From Trichodelitschia bisporula (Eukaryota): a stretch of 64,000 bases of DNA. Every line of letters starts with the position of its first letter. Positions within the stretch are counted from its first letter, which is position 1. This document shows, piece by piece, positions 12,978-26,090 of the stretch. The position numbers and the translations under genes are program-made. Below the pieces are notes generated by a model. The model was not told where the DNA came from, ran no database searches, and saw nothing but the letters and a program-made list of their open reading frames with translations. Location of the stretch: the NCBI GenBank assembly GCA_010356995.1, contig ML996697.1, positions 915,793 through 979,792 on the forward strand, given 5' to 3'.

Positions 12978-15357
12978 GACGTAGGTTTAGTACTGCTTGT
13001 TCTGCGATGGCGTTGTCGGCGTTTCTTCATGTTTTTCGGGGTGGTTGATGGGAAATTTTGACGGTTGACGGTCGATGGCTTCTTCACGCGACGTGCTGGC
13101 TTGTACAAGTATTAATGAGATTGCGACGGCAGCGACACTGTAGATAGCGGCTGAGGGTCACGCAACTACAGCGTAAAAGCTGCAGTTATGTCACTGGAAG
13201 CTAGAGATTAGGACTGCATCATGGTGGACAGAGAGATGATGGGAATGCAAGCGAGTCATGATGTTCGCAACTGATCTGGTGTGGCTGTGTCAAGAAAACG
13301 TGCTGGGAAGAGCCACAGTTTGGGAGGACTTTCCGTATCGGGGTGGGGTCATAGCAACGATGCTGTCACCTGTGCTCACATTACGACGCTTGTAGTATAT
13401 AAGAGGCGCAAGTCCCGGCTTCGGCTCGCCTCTGGCCCATTCTCGCCTTTGCCAACTCCATCCGCTCAATTTATGTCCTGACCACCGGCGACCCATTGCA
13501 GCAATAATGGCCCCCACCTCCACCACATCCGTCAGCCTTCCCAACAGCTGGGTCGACCTCAGCCAGCCTCCGTCCAATCTCGGCTCTTTCTCCGAATGGG
13601 TTTCAGCAAGAGGCTCTGCGCTTGGCGTGGAACGGGATAAAACCCGGTCCTGGTGATGAGCCGACGTCTGCTCTGATAGTTGTGAGATTCCCTACTTAAA
13701 CGCGCTGGGAGACGACCGAGCTGTTTCATCCGCGTCACGTCTATCTCCCAATACCTCGAAAAACGGCCGGTGGAACGCTGGTTCGTTTCTTCCTGCGGTG
13801 GATTCACACGCTAGGCACGCGGCGCGACGCCGGACAACTGGGGCTCGATGATAACGGTCTGTAATGTGTGCCTCTTCTACTGTACCTGGTGGAATAGATG
13901 TTTTGCTAATTCTCCCCAGATAGAACTCTTAGCAATGAGCATCGTTGTTCTATACTTGGCTTCATTCGGCTTCACCTTCCTAGCGCACCTCACCCACCAT
14001 GTTAGCGTCGTTTTAAACCCCAGCTAAGAGATAGTGGCTCTGGGGGAAGGGGAAGGGTCGACGGGAACGGGTTGTTGACGGCTATGGGTTGTTGACCTTG
14101 CTGCTCGCCCTCTCTTTCTCCCCTCCCCACTCTGCCAACTCCTCCCCACTCTTCCCTTTCCTTCCTCCCCCACTCTTCTCTCCATTTTTCTTCATTGTGC
14201 CCATCATGTGCTCCACGCTCATTTTATCGGCCTGGCTTTGACCTCTCCTGATGTCCTCGATTCGCTTTGTCTACGGTACATCACCAAACCCCGCTCTTAT
14301 GCACGTCAAGCGCCGTCTCAAGGCTCCAATTGTGTGAGGGAAGGGTTTGCGTAGCCGAAGGCGACTCTCTCCCGGCCTTCCCTCTCTTGGCTTTGACAAG
14401 ACTTCTTCCCCTCGAAGCGTGACAAGTGAGCGAAGTGAGCGAGCAGGCAGCCAACCAAGGCGACAGCGAGCATCCCCCAAAATAGCCTGTGACGACATCC
14501 GGGGCGCTCTCTGGCGGACCAGTTGCTCCACTAGTGGTGCACGCTTGCGAGCTTCGCATACCGGACTCCTTGTTCGTCAACCGCTTCTGCCGGGTGTTTC
14601 TCAGTGCAGCTCATGGTTGCCAACCCTACGTGGAAGGGCTTCCTGCCCGCCATCTGCACCACCGGCAGTAGGCAAAAGCCGCCCTGAACTTGGCACAGCC
14701 GAGAAGGAGCGGAAGAAGACCCGACCAGCCTTTCCCCCTCTCTCACGCACTAACAACCTTTCACATCCGTCTCGGCGAACTGCCACCGATTATTCCCTCC
14801 AATTCCGGGCTCTTCGAACCGAGAGAGGGGGATTCAAGCTTTTGGTGGTCTTCCTTCTTCCCGACGCCCATCACCTCCGCTGTCATCAGAGTTACGGATG
14901 ATGGTACGACCACGCCGTGGGAAGATGCTTGAATGGGCTACCCTGCCTCATATATCCGTCTCTCTTTAGTCCATAACCCCGATCCAGCGCAACTCACGGT
15001 CCCTAACACGGCTCCCGCTTGCTACTGCGTTTCCCCATTGGCTCCCCACTATCCCGATTCAACCCTAAAGGCCTAGCTGTGCCCCTCTCTCGTGGCTTGG
15101 TCCGTTGCTTGGCCTTTAATGACGGTGGGCATCCTCGACTTGCACTTGCGGGTGCGTATGCGGGTCCCCCTCTTCCCCTCTTCTGACAACCTCATCTCTC
15201 CCCACATCTTCCCTCTCTCCCTCTTCCCCACACTCAGATATCCTCCTCGCATCCCATCCTGCTCAACTGCGGCCGCAAAGATGACCTGCTGACCCCCCCG
15301 CAAGTCCATGGGCCAAGAGTCACTGATGTCCCCGCCTCAGCGTCGGCGGTCCCTAAC

Positions 15358-17291
15358 ATGTCCTCTTCGACACGCACCTCCGCCACGCCGCCGCCCGGCG
15401 GCGCGCCTGCAGGGCCAGGCGGAGCTCTCGCCACTACCAGTACCACGAAGCGCGCGTGCGACAAGTCAGTCTCGGGCTTCCCACAGTATCACCTCGCAGC
15501 CCCACCCCTAACACCCTTCCAGCTGCCACCGCCGTAAAATCAAATGCACCGTCGAACCCTCTGCCCCCAATGCACGTTGCACGAACTGCGCCACCTCCGG
15601 CCTGGCATGTACCTACAACGCGATTCCGCAGAAGAAGGGGCCCAAGGGCAGCCGCGCGAAGGTACTCAATGAACTCCGCCGTCAGAATAGCGGCGACCTG
15701 GGCCCTTCCCGCGCTTCTGCCTCCCTAAGCCAGGCCCCTCGCACGCCTGGCCTCTTGCCACCCGACGTCGTTCGCGCTTGCATCGACTTCTTCTTCAAGA
15801 AGCTGTATCCCATGCAACCCGTGGTGCACTTTGCCCAGATTGAGACGGTGGCGGGACGGATGGGCGGCTCCGCAGAGGCGTATGCCGAGATTGCCTCGCT
15901 CTGTGCGTTTGCCCTCCTGTATGCGGGCATGAGCGGCATGGGCCCGACTGAGGGGCTGGATCCGGCACGGGGTCGCGCGCTGCTGGATGAAGCGCTTGCG
16001 GTGCGGCGTGCGGTGGATGGGGTGGAAGCAGCGAGTCTGGGAGCCGTGTACACGGCGTACTGGGCCAGCTGCTGCTATTTGTGCCTCGATAACTCGACTG
16101 CGGCGTGGATCTGGCTGCGGCAGGCGACCACGGTCGCGCATGTTCTGGGTTTGCATGACGAGGCGACATATGACGATGAGGACTATGTGGAGAATAGTCG
16201 GAAGAGGCGGCTGTACTGGGTGATGTTCATGACGGAGCGGTGGGGATACGCCTTCCTCGCCAGTATCCCGAGCACAAAAGCTGACAAAGCAGGACCTACG
16301 CCATCCGCACCCACCGCCCTCTCACCCTGTACGCCACCATCCGCATGCCCGTCGCCGACGACGACCCATCGGAAACCGTGCCACTATCCGGCTTCTTCCA
16401 CGTGGCCACGCTCTTCCTGCCGCTCGACGACAAGTTCTTCAGCGTCCTCCACCGGCGCACCGAATTCCCGGGCGCGGCTTGGATTGTCACGCTCCAGGCA
16501 CGCCTGGCCGATGCGTTCCACTACATGGACAGCACGCACCGGCAAGTACTCTGCCTCAAGGTGACGCAGGCCTGGCTGCGCGTCCAAGTTTGGCGTCTCG
16601 CGTTGCGACACGACTGCATCTCCCCGCTCGCGCCCGAAGCCTGTCTAACCTATGGCTTTCCAGTCGATGTGGCGCGGGAACTAGTCGAGATGGTAAATGT
16701 GTACCTAACGCCGCAGATCGAGAACATGCTCGGCCTCGTACGTCTCCCGTCCCCTGGCCTAAGCGGTACTAATCCCCGCAGGCCGAGAAGCTAGCCGATG
16801 TAGCGGACACACTTGCCGATATCCTGGCGCTCGGCATAGTCCCGCCCTTTGCGCCCGCAAGCATACTCAACTCACTCACCTCTTCCATCGCCAGCGCCCG
16901 CGGGCCCGCATGGTCCGGCCTCGCGCGGCTACAGAGCAAAATCGCACAGCTGCCGAATCTGCGCGGCTTTCCACCGCAAGCGCAGCAGGTGGCCTACTCG
17001 CCCGACACAGGGTTGACCGCGAGTCCGCCGCCTCACCCCGCGGGACTAGCGGGCTACGGCGTGCCGATGCCTGGCCTGCCGTATCATCCGTTTCCAGCTC
17101 AGCACGGGCAGGGAAGCTTCCCGGGGGCACCGGGTGTGGAAAGCGGTGGATTCCAAACGCCTGAGGGAGGTGATTTTGCGGAGAGTTCGCGTGGACAGGC
17201 TGGACAGGCGCCCGGACAGGGAGGAGGAGGGTATGAGCCACCCGGGCAAGGTGGGGGTGGATATGAGCATGGAATGTTTCATGGGAGGTAG
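15358..17291 (+). CDS. Zn(II)2Cys6 transcription factor with fungal TF middle-homology domain; resembles the AmyR/COL-26/BglR/ART1 sugar-utilisation regulator group; introns 15465-15522, 16240-16292, 16738-16781
   Basis: Spliced CDNCHRRKIKC-x10-CTNCATSGLAC followed by YNAIPQKKGPKGSRAKVLNELR. Middle region AWIWLRQATTVAHVLGLHDEATY..RKRRLYWVMFMTERTYAI and TQAWLRVQVWRL. All three introns keep the frame. The subfamily assignment is from memory of the motif, not a search. Confidence 0.9.
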
Positions 17292-17979
17292 CATGTTTAC
17301 GGGGCGTTGACCAAAGCGTAGATACACTGGGGATGTTGGGCGGAAATCTGATTTGAGCATTTACTACAGTACTAGAGGGCGGTTAAAATGAAGGGCATTT
17401 TGCATGCATTGCGGGCCGGGATTGGGCTGTGGTGTGGTGTGGTGCTTGGACTTGGCGTGTGTCACGGGTTTGAGGGCCAGGGTCTCGGGAACGTGGTCTG
17501 GTGTGGGGCGCAGGTGGGGCGAGCGGGTATGTGGTTCCATGGGGGTGGGAGGTGGTGTGATTTGGGCCCGAAATCGGAGGGGGCGTGGGGATGCGGGGAT
17601 GGAGAAGTTGAGTGATGGGTTTTGGCTGCGGGCTTATGGTTCGGATGACGGGCTTCGGTTGCGGGCTCGAGCGTCCGGACGGCCGGCTTAGGGCAAGGGC
17701 GTGTCCGGAACGAAACGTGTGCGGCGGGCGGGCGTGGGAGCGGGGGCGGGCGTGGGAGCGGGGGCGGGAGGGGGAGCGCAGGGTTAGTACAACAAACGCA
17801 CGTGTACATAGCACAGGGAGCATAAGGTTGATTCCATATCGTCTTTGAATTAATTTTATGAGCCGAGCGGCGCAAGTGCTAGCTGTAGATGACCGAGCCT
17901 GCGATCCCCCTCCCCCTTCCTCCCCCAGAGATACGATTGCAAACGTGCTCGGTGGTGCGAAGACCCATACACCCATCAT

Positions 17980-18740
17980 GTTGAAAGTGATGCTTGCGCT
18001 GACTGGGAGGGTTGGGTTGCGGGGTATATGTCCAATTTAGATTGTGAGGTGAGGCGGAAGTGGAGGTGCGGTGGGATAGCGCGCTCAAGTTCGTCCATGG
18101 CTTTCTTGTATACCCCGTCGGGCGGGGAGAAGAGCGCTTTATATACCCCGCGGCCTGCGGACATGGCCTGGGTTGTAGTTGTCGTTTGTGGTGGTGAGTG
18201 ATGAAGTGGTGTGGAAGTTGTGGAGAGAGTTGGAAAAGGTGATGGGCCGTACTCGGGTATATTCCCCCCGGAAGAGCAGTAGACACAGAGAATGCTGTAT
18301 ATATATGCCGCCGGCCGGGTAGTGGGCCAGTTTGGGTATGTACCAGCCGTTGTTTTATAAACCCTGCAACCCGCGGGCCGGCTGTGAGGTCTCGTTGCTG
18401 TAGTGTTGGATGATGCGAGGGTGGAGGTGCGGGGCGGGGTATTGCTCAGCCTCGTGCGTACGCTGCTGATGGGGCGCTGGGTATACCCCGTAGNNNNNNN
18501 NNNNNNNNNNNNNNNNNNNNNNNNNNNNNNNNNNNNNNNNNNNNNNNNNNNNNNNNNNNNNNNNNNNNNNNNNNNNNNNNNNNNNNGGCGGCGGACGGTG
18601 ATGATGAATGTTGGTGATGAAGTGGAGTGGAAGTTGTGGGGAGAGATGGACGGGGGGGCGGAGATGCTGAGGTGTATATATCCCTCCCACCCCTGGGTGG
18701 AAACAGTAAACACTGAGAATGTGGTTGATGAAGGGTGCTC
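17980..18740. repeat. Diverged tandem direct repeat, about 430-bp unit, 2 copies (second interrupted by the 93-N gap)
   Basis: Shared blocks GTGATGAAGTGG(TG/AG)TGGAAGTTGTGG(A/G)GAGAG at ~18198 and ~18615, CAGTA(G/A)ACAC(A/T)GAGAATG at ~18277 and ~18704, and GTGGAGGTGCGG..GTATACCCCGT at ~18060-18118 and ~18421-18491. Confidence 0.7.
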
Positions 18741-21700
18741 GGAGTCTTGCTTGGGTTGTTGGGTTTTGCGGAGTACTTGTGGCGCGAGGGGCGCGAGGGC
18801 AGACTGGTCGTGGTGGAGGATGTGTCCTGTATATACGCTGTCGGCCGGGCGGCGGGCGGGTTCGACATGCGGCACCCATTTTTTTGTCTACCATTCCGGT
18901 TTCGGGGGCACTTTTATGCACCTCGCGCCCCGCGGGATAAGCGTTCTGTAGATGGAGAATGTTGATGGGAATGTTGAGTGATGCGGGGGTGAAGGAGGAG
19001 GCGGAGGCGGAGATGGCAATGCCATTACTGGGCTGCGTTCCGTTGTTGAACACCATGAGAGCGATCGGAGATAACAGCAAGCAAGATGAAGGACAAGAAG
19101 AGCAAGGCGGTTTTCCTGCCACCAGCCCTGAGGAGACTGGGAGGGTATAGAGCTCGGTGGAGGATGAGATGTGTATATATTGCATGTTCCCTCCGGGAGG
19201 AGCGGAGGATGCTGGGAGCGCGAAACGGTGCAGAGGTTTCAGTCGAATGTGGTGTCCTTGAAATCGCAGAAGCATCACCCGCATGGAATTCAGTTTGCGT
19301 AGTAAACAGTCGCAGACCGGGCGGAGTGCCTGAGATATATAGAGCAGGCCTTTTCGGAGCCGTTTCGAAGGGGAGGCGCCCCACGAGTAATGAGAGAAGT
19401 TGCCGGTGCACAAGTTCGAGTCCCTCAATATATATTCTGGTGGGAGGATAGTGAGGCGAGAGCGATGTGTGATGAGTTGGTGGAGAAGAAGAAGAGGAAG
19501 CGAAGCCAAGAGCGTATATACAGCCCCTCCGCCGTATATAAGGCCGGCTGTCAAGCCCGGCGGGACGCGCCGAGGACATGGTTACTGTCAGTCGTGTGTG
19601 CTGTAAGGGGCGCCGGCGCGGCGCATATATACCCGGCACTCCCCTCCGCGAGCATCTTCCGGGTGTGAGCGAGAACGGCCGCCGATTTTCACCGGGGATT
19701 CCCTTTTAGACGTGTCGGGGTGTTTCTTCAAACAGTTATTGTTTGTAGGCTGCGGGGAAAGTGACGGGAGATTGTTGCGCGTGCGAGCCCCGGATGGGCC
19801 GAGGACGCGCTTTATACATACCCCGCGAGCCGCGGTTCGGGTATAGACAGGTCGAGTGTGCGCCGGAGGTTGATTGATGCGATTGAGGTGTTGAGGCGGA
19901 GGCCGTGGCGGTGAGAGACTGCGATGGACGAAGCCACCGAAACAGCCAATGCGACCGGAATGAGAACGAAGAGAATCGACGGAACGCTCCGGCCAGCCTG
20001 ATTGTATATAGCCGTTACGGCAAAGGCCAGCAACGTCGTATACCTGAAGAACCGGAGCAACCGGAGGAATTTGAATCCGGGGCGCGCCCCCAGTGCCGGC
20101 CCCGGTGATATGACGTCCAGGAGGATAACTGCGAGCCCAGCTGCCCCTATATAGACTCGAGAGATCCAGTCCCATCTCACTGTACTTGGGAGGTAAAGGT
20201 AAAGTAGACTCGAAGACATTTGCAAAGAGCCGGAGGTTGCTATGTCCGCAGCAGAATGACCAACGGGGATGTTGCGGTACTTCTTCTTGTCGCGGCACCT
20301 TGGCAGCGTGAAGAGGATCCAGAAGTTCGGTTGAACAAATCGGTATATATCTTCCTCCCCGATATGACCGAGGGAGCAGAGAATATAGGCTTTTTGAGAT
20401 TTCCGGATTTGCTGGTGTTTGAAACTGAGCTTCCGCAGGCAGTCACAACGGGGACAAATCTCTGGAGGAACGAACGGACAGTCTGAGTCATATATAGAAT
20501 GCGGATGACGTACCATACCAGTTCGGCCTCAGAGACGAAATATGCCGTCTTGCATATACCCGGCCTCGGAGGCGGACTTCGGCCTTGGAGGCGGACTTCG
20601 ACCCAGGATCGGAGGCAGGGCTGTACACCCCTTTGCCCGCTCTTCTGAAGAATGTTTGCCTTTGGGCACGTGAGGGAACAGATGTGAGGACTTGGGAGTG
20701 GAACTGGTGAATGGGAAGGCCGACAGCATCGCAATCGCTACCCTTGCGAAGGCGGGCCCCAGTTGTATGAACATGCGCATTCTCAGGTCATATGCCGGAA
20801 TGACGGAGGGTGGTACCAGGCCCGGTAGTATTTATATTGGCCACCTGGGCCGCATATAGAGGTGACTTCAAATAGTTAGTCCCATCTGAAGAGTGGCCGG
20901 ATATCTCAAATGCTTACCAGGAAATAAATCCCTCGGACCAGCGAACTGCTTCCGCCACGAATCTCTCCACAGTCTCGCCGGGCGCCGGATATTTGGGCGT
21001 ATAATGTGGAGCAAGGGTGTAGATGGAAAGCGTTGAAGAGATAAGAAAGCATCGTGAAGCTGCAGGAGGTTTCGCTGGCGAGGACAATGTTCGGATAGAA
21101 AACAAACGAGACAAGCTTCGGCACAATGCCGAAAGCGGAAAGGACGGTTCGGCCCGTATATCACTGGCCCGCCGCCTTCTTGCAGCGCAATACAGGGATC
21201 CGCTGGTGTTTGCGTGAGGCTTCGATCGCACACTTCGACCCCATTTTTGAAGGTCGTACCCTTGCCGTCGTATTTTGGGGGAAGTTGTGGAGATGATGAT
21301 GTAGTAGGCAGATGGATTGTGTGGGACCAACGGGCGACCGCGCCGCGTTGGATTGCGGCGGGTATAATATTGCGGACAAGCAGTAGAGATGTTGGTAATG
21401 AGGGTCTGCCGCTCTTTCGAAGTGGCAATTGCAGAGCCGACGAGTGTCTGGGGCCGGCCGCTGCCTCAGTATATTTTGAGGAGAGTTTGAAGATGGCGAA
21501 GTTTTGTTGGTGAAGTTTTTGCTGACGATGAGAGGTTTGAGAGCTTCGAGACGGTGGAATTTTGCTGACGATGCTGTATATGAGAGAGGAAGGTTACGAG
21601 GCCGGGAACCTAGCCTTCTTCTACCATATATCTTCCTCTTCTGGCAAGTACAGAGCTAACAAGACCAACAGCATTGCATCACTCAAGGGAACACGAGGAG

Positions 21701-21997
21701 CTCATACTGTCATGGTTCTGGCCATCCACGGTGAGATGCCTCAGGCTATGATATGGTTTGGGTGGCAGCACAGTACCGAGGCGACGTATGGGGACTAGCG
21801 CAGTCATGTGACTGGAGCCAAGCCCCCACATTGCGGTTACACACCCATCCTGTATATTACTTCTCCAACTCTTTATCATCGTCTCGAAGCAATCTATGAT
21901 TTTTGCACCGCTCTTCGCTGGCACCGTGACACATACTGAAGTCAGCCCCGACCTGGAGGAATATCCAGTGGCAAACTCCGGCGAAATTGTGTTACCC

Positions 21998-23266
21998 TCA
22001 AGTTGCTGCTGCATGAATTGAACGGTATGATGATTTTCGTCGTTTCCGGCGTCGGAGCCCCGGGTTGCACTTCAGCCTGATCAGAATATAGAGGAGGTGG
22101 CGCCTACCGGAGCCGTCTTGGAGCTTGCGCTGAACCATAGTCCAGGGGAGAGGCTCGCAATCGTCGAGATGTAAACGACGTAATTCATGTCCGGAGTCCA
22201 GTTGTTGAACGTCTCTGCCCAGGCCGGAGGCTGTCGGCCACAGGTATACCGGTTTTGAAAGTGTGGATGGGTTGAGGCGCAGGCGGCAAGTAAGGGGTGT
22301 GAAGAACAAGACTGGAGCCCATATATGCGCACCATATAGCGTCTGACCGCCGGTAGGTCGTGCTGGTACCGGGTCCAGATGTCGGACGTTGTGTGTCGCA
22401 ACTGTCGGCATACCCAATGTCGGGATACCCGAAAGGCAGGCTTGGCACGGCGAACATCGAATTTGGTCAAGACGAATGGCCATCGATGGAAATCCACAAG
22501 CCCACAAACCTGCATTCCCCGCCAGCAACCGGCCAACGAGACCGAAGGACGGAGCGACACGAGGCACCCGAACCCCCAGTCGAAACTCCAGTCATCGAGC
22601 AAGACTCACCCCGTGAGAGGGAGTTGGACGAGCCGCGCGAGCCGAGTCCTGCATCAGAGCATCACGACGAGCCCATTGAGCTGCGCGAGCCAACCGAGCC
22701 AAATACGCCAACCGAGCCAGATCAGCCAAACGAGCCGCACGAGCCTGGCCCCACGGAGGATGAAAGCCGAACTCGAAACACCAGGGACTGCACCTTAAGT
22801 GTAATCCACGTTGCACTGCCGATGATCGAAAACGAAGCGCAATACCCAGAGACAGAGATCCTGGAGTCGCAACGTGGATTACACTTAAGGTGCGGTCCCT
22901 GGTGTTTCGAGTTCGGCTTTCATCCTCCGTGGGGCCAGGCTCGTGCGGCTCGTTTGGCTGATCTGGCTCGGTTGGCGTATTTGGCTCGGTTGGCTCGCGC
23001 AGCTCAATGGGCTCGTCGTGATGCTCTGATGCAGGACTCGGCTCGCGCGGCTCGTCCAACTCCCTCTCACGGGGTGAGTCTTGCTCGATGACTGGAGTTT
23101 CGACTGGGGGTTCGGGTGCCTCGTGTCGCTCCGTCCTTCGGTCTCGTTGGCCGGTTGCTGGCGGGGAATGCAGGTTTGTGGGCTTGTGGATTTCCATCGA
23201 TGGCCATTCGTCTTGACCAAATTCGATGTTCGCCGTGCCAAGCCTGCCTTTCGGGTATCCCGACAT
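21998..23266 (-). pseudogene. Orphan gene (MSGYPKGRLG.., Glu/Pro-rich) disrupted by an inverted copy of its own 5' part
   Basis: ATG at 23266 follows a pyrimidine-rich leader. Removing 22401-22814 (414 nt) gives one open frame from 23266 to 21998 (855 nt). As assembled, the frame stops at 22592 inside the inverted arm. Confidence 0.45.
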
Positions 23267-23281
23267 TGGGTATGCCGACAG
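22402..23281. repeat. Near-perfect long inverted repeat: 413-bp arms (22402-22814 and 22869-23281) with a 54-bp spacer
   Basis: The arms are reverse complements. The only mismatch seen is 22789/22894 (RDCT vs RDRT); mirror ORFs in several frames of the ORF track are otherwise identical. Confidence 0.97.
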
Positions 23282-24122
23282 AAAATGAGGAAAGAGGTTT
23301 GTGGGTCGCTTGTGGATTAAGCCGCAGGTTGCAACGCTGGAGAGGGTGAGTTTGTTTAGAGACTGAGGATGAAGAAAAAGATTTAGGGGGGGCTAGTGAA
23401 TTGAAGTGGCCAAGCCTTTGTGTCAAAGTGCCGTGGTCTTGCGGCCAAGAAGGAAAAGCCCCTCGCCCAGTGTATGGGAGTTTTACCGGCCGCGGCCTCC
23501 ATCAAGAAGGAGACTGAAACTTGAGGTTGCAACCATACATGCTTAGGCTGAGAGGTTCAGCAAAAGAGGGCTGGTCCCGGTGAGTATAAGGCATTCCTGA
23601 CACTGAGCGCAGGTCAGCAGAGACAATATACTGTGGAGGTACGGCAGACTTGCGAGGATTTGATATATCCGATAAATGAGTCGAATCGGAGTGCCTGGCG
23701 GAACATCCCTTATATAGGATCGATTCCATTGTTCGGCTGTTTGAGGCATCGAAGCAAACGGAAAAGATAGGTCATTCAATCTTGCCGACAAGAGCAATCA
23801 GAGTTATCAGACTTCCTGTGTCACAGAACCCTCTGGTGAATGCCAGAAGCTCACGAGCCTACGTAGTCCGCAGGAGCCATCTGGGTCCAGGCATGACTTC
23901 CGGGCCTAGCCCCAGTCCTACCCAGGGCACTTGCCTCAAAGACGGAGACTGGTATATGTACAATAGTAGATTTCTTTTTTCACGTCGCGCTTTGATCATG
24001 ATGGAGATGGTTGTCTACGCTTGAACAGCTCGCTAAACGCCTTCGCTGAACTGATTACCCGCCAAACCGACTACCCGTTCAACATGTTACCCGTTTAACA
24101 GGTTACCCGCGAAACTGGGTTT

Positions 24123-25500
24123 TCACAAAGGCCATCGCCACCCACAAATCACAAAGTACACTGCAGAAGTAAACGGCCCCGCCTTTCCGGCCGGATCAGA
24201 CACCACTGCGTCTCCCTCAAAGATCCCAGTGGAATCATTGTCACCCACTTCCGCATAACCATCTTCACTCGAGCTTGACAATGACCCGCTCGGCAATGAC
24301 GAGCTCTCTCCCTGCCGAGACGGACTGATTAGTCTGATAATAGACGGTATCGGTGGTACGGTCGCAATCGGCATGTTTAGAGGCGGTTCGAGCGGGTACG
24401 GCTCCGGTGTGACATGGTCCGAATGGCATATTTACGGAGGTCCAAGGGTTATTTAAACTGGTCTGAGACGGGGCGTTCAAAGGCGGTGCGGTCTGTGCGG
24501 GGCAGACTGAGGTCCGAAGTGGTGCATTCTCAGGCGGTGCGTTCAGATGCGGCCCGGTCTCGCGCCGTCTGAGTTGCTGAATTGCGGGGTTCAAGGGCCT
24601 ATGAGGGGTTAATATGATTTGAAACCAGGGACTACGAGGGCTATGTAGAAACATGAAAAGGGAGTCTAAAAGGCTTACAGTCCCAACCCAAAGAAATTTC
24701 CCTGCCTGGACGGCGTAACCGGGGCTGGCCGGACCGGGGCTAGCCGTATAGGACGAAAGTTCATCTCAGACCCACGCATGGCGGCAGCTTCGGCGAAGGG
24801 GGGTTGGCCGGCGGCGTTGGTAGGTAGTACCGGCAGTGGTATGAGGGGTGCCGGTAATAGTAGCAGGAAGAGTTTGCGCTTCTTCTACTTCACGTGAGTA
24901 CCTATATGATATTTGACGGATTGAGCATTGGTACCCTGGGGTTCTCTATTAATGGTACTCCTGCGAACCCCCCCCGCGGAACGAAGCCGTAAGACGTCTG
25001 GACCGGCGCGGAGCCGTAAGGTGTCTGGGCCGGTACGGGTGGAATAAGCTTCTGGATAGCCACGACGACGCGAAGGCGCCCCAGCAGCCATGAATTCATC
25101 CGAACCCACGGCGACGCCATGCGCCCAATCACCACCTCCAATCGCTCGGAAGGCCGCCAGGAAATCGTGCCCATCGTCTATGGGGTTCATGCGGCACTTT
25201 GACCCGATCGAGCTCGAGGATCAGAATGTCGGGTTGCGACCGCAAGAACATCAAGTCACCTGCGGTTTGACACCATCTCGTGAGCGCCATGTTCCAGTCC
25301 TAAGCGCACTCGATTCTCTGGAACGCCAGCGTATGCGTATCGATGATGCGCCTGGTGTGGAAAAGGACACACAACCGGCAGCGTAAGCAAAAGCTGAGTG
25401 AAAAGACGATTCAACTCACTGGGTCAGGGGAACCACGCGACTAAGTATGAGGCTCCACCGAGGCCTCCTTCTCAGCTGTCGGTGATGAGGTATGGCAGCA
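24123..25500 (-). CDS. Hypothetical orphan gene, copy 1 of a tandem paralogous pair (exon structure uncertain, possibly degenerate)
   Basis: Translated blocks match copy 2: MASPWVRMNSWLLGRLRVVV, KKRKL..PPFAEAAAMRGSE, FFGLGL|intron|PRSPWFQIILTPHRPLNP. Confidence 0.4.
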
Positions 25501-26090
25501 CCTAGACACGTACAAAGCATAGGGTGAATTGAGGCATTGATTGGAAGACGAGGAAAGGAAAAGAAGAGTCAGAAGACTCTGCTGCTTGATACAGGATATG
25601 GCCGGTCCTCCGTAGCTCCTTCCTTCACTTGACTTGTCACGTTATTTAGGTTGCAATGCTCCTTCCATACAAACGATACGGTCATGTGGCCTTGACTGCC
25701 TTGATGCCTTACACTTGACCCACGCCCACATCAGGTGTACACCGGGCCTTGCCTCCTACCATACATTGGTAGGCTCTTGCTAAGATATTCAAATGAGCCT
25801 TCTCTATGAGTCAATGCGTGAGGCATTCTTGCTCTAACCTGTGAGCGTTATCACTGAGAACACACAGCATGAAGAGAATGTGAATTCGATTGTACAGGTG
25901 AAGTGTGAGAGTGATCTCAGAAATCTATGGTGTGTGCGAGTGGCCTGTGCGCAGAGTCGCGTCATGTGTGGCACAGCTGCTGAGGCAGTGCGCAATCACG
26001 TGACTCATCAAGCTCAGTATCCTCCACACAACTGAGGAACCACACTCATGGAGTGTCGGTTGACATAACCCCCTATGTTCCTTCCCTACA

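Noticed and set aside
13508..13657. 49-codon ORF downstream of a TATATAA at ~13396
   Set aside because: Too short, with no recognisable motif or convincing splice extension; cannot be supported.
19588..21430. Overlapping 160-240 aa minus-strand ORFs
   Set aside because: No consistent frame or recognisable domain; probably degenerate sequence within the accessory island.
22402..23281. Inverted repeat as the terminal inverted repeats of a DNA transposon/MITE
   Set aside because: The arms consist of gene-like coding sequence, no target-site duplication flanks the whole structure, and no transposase is nearby.
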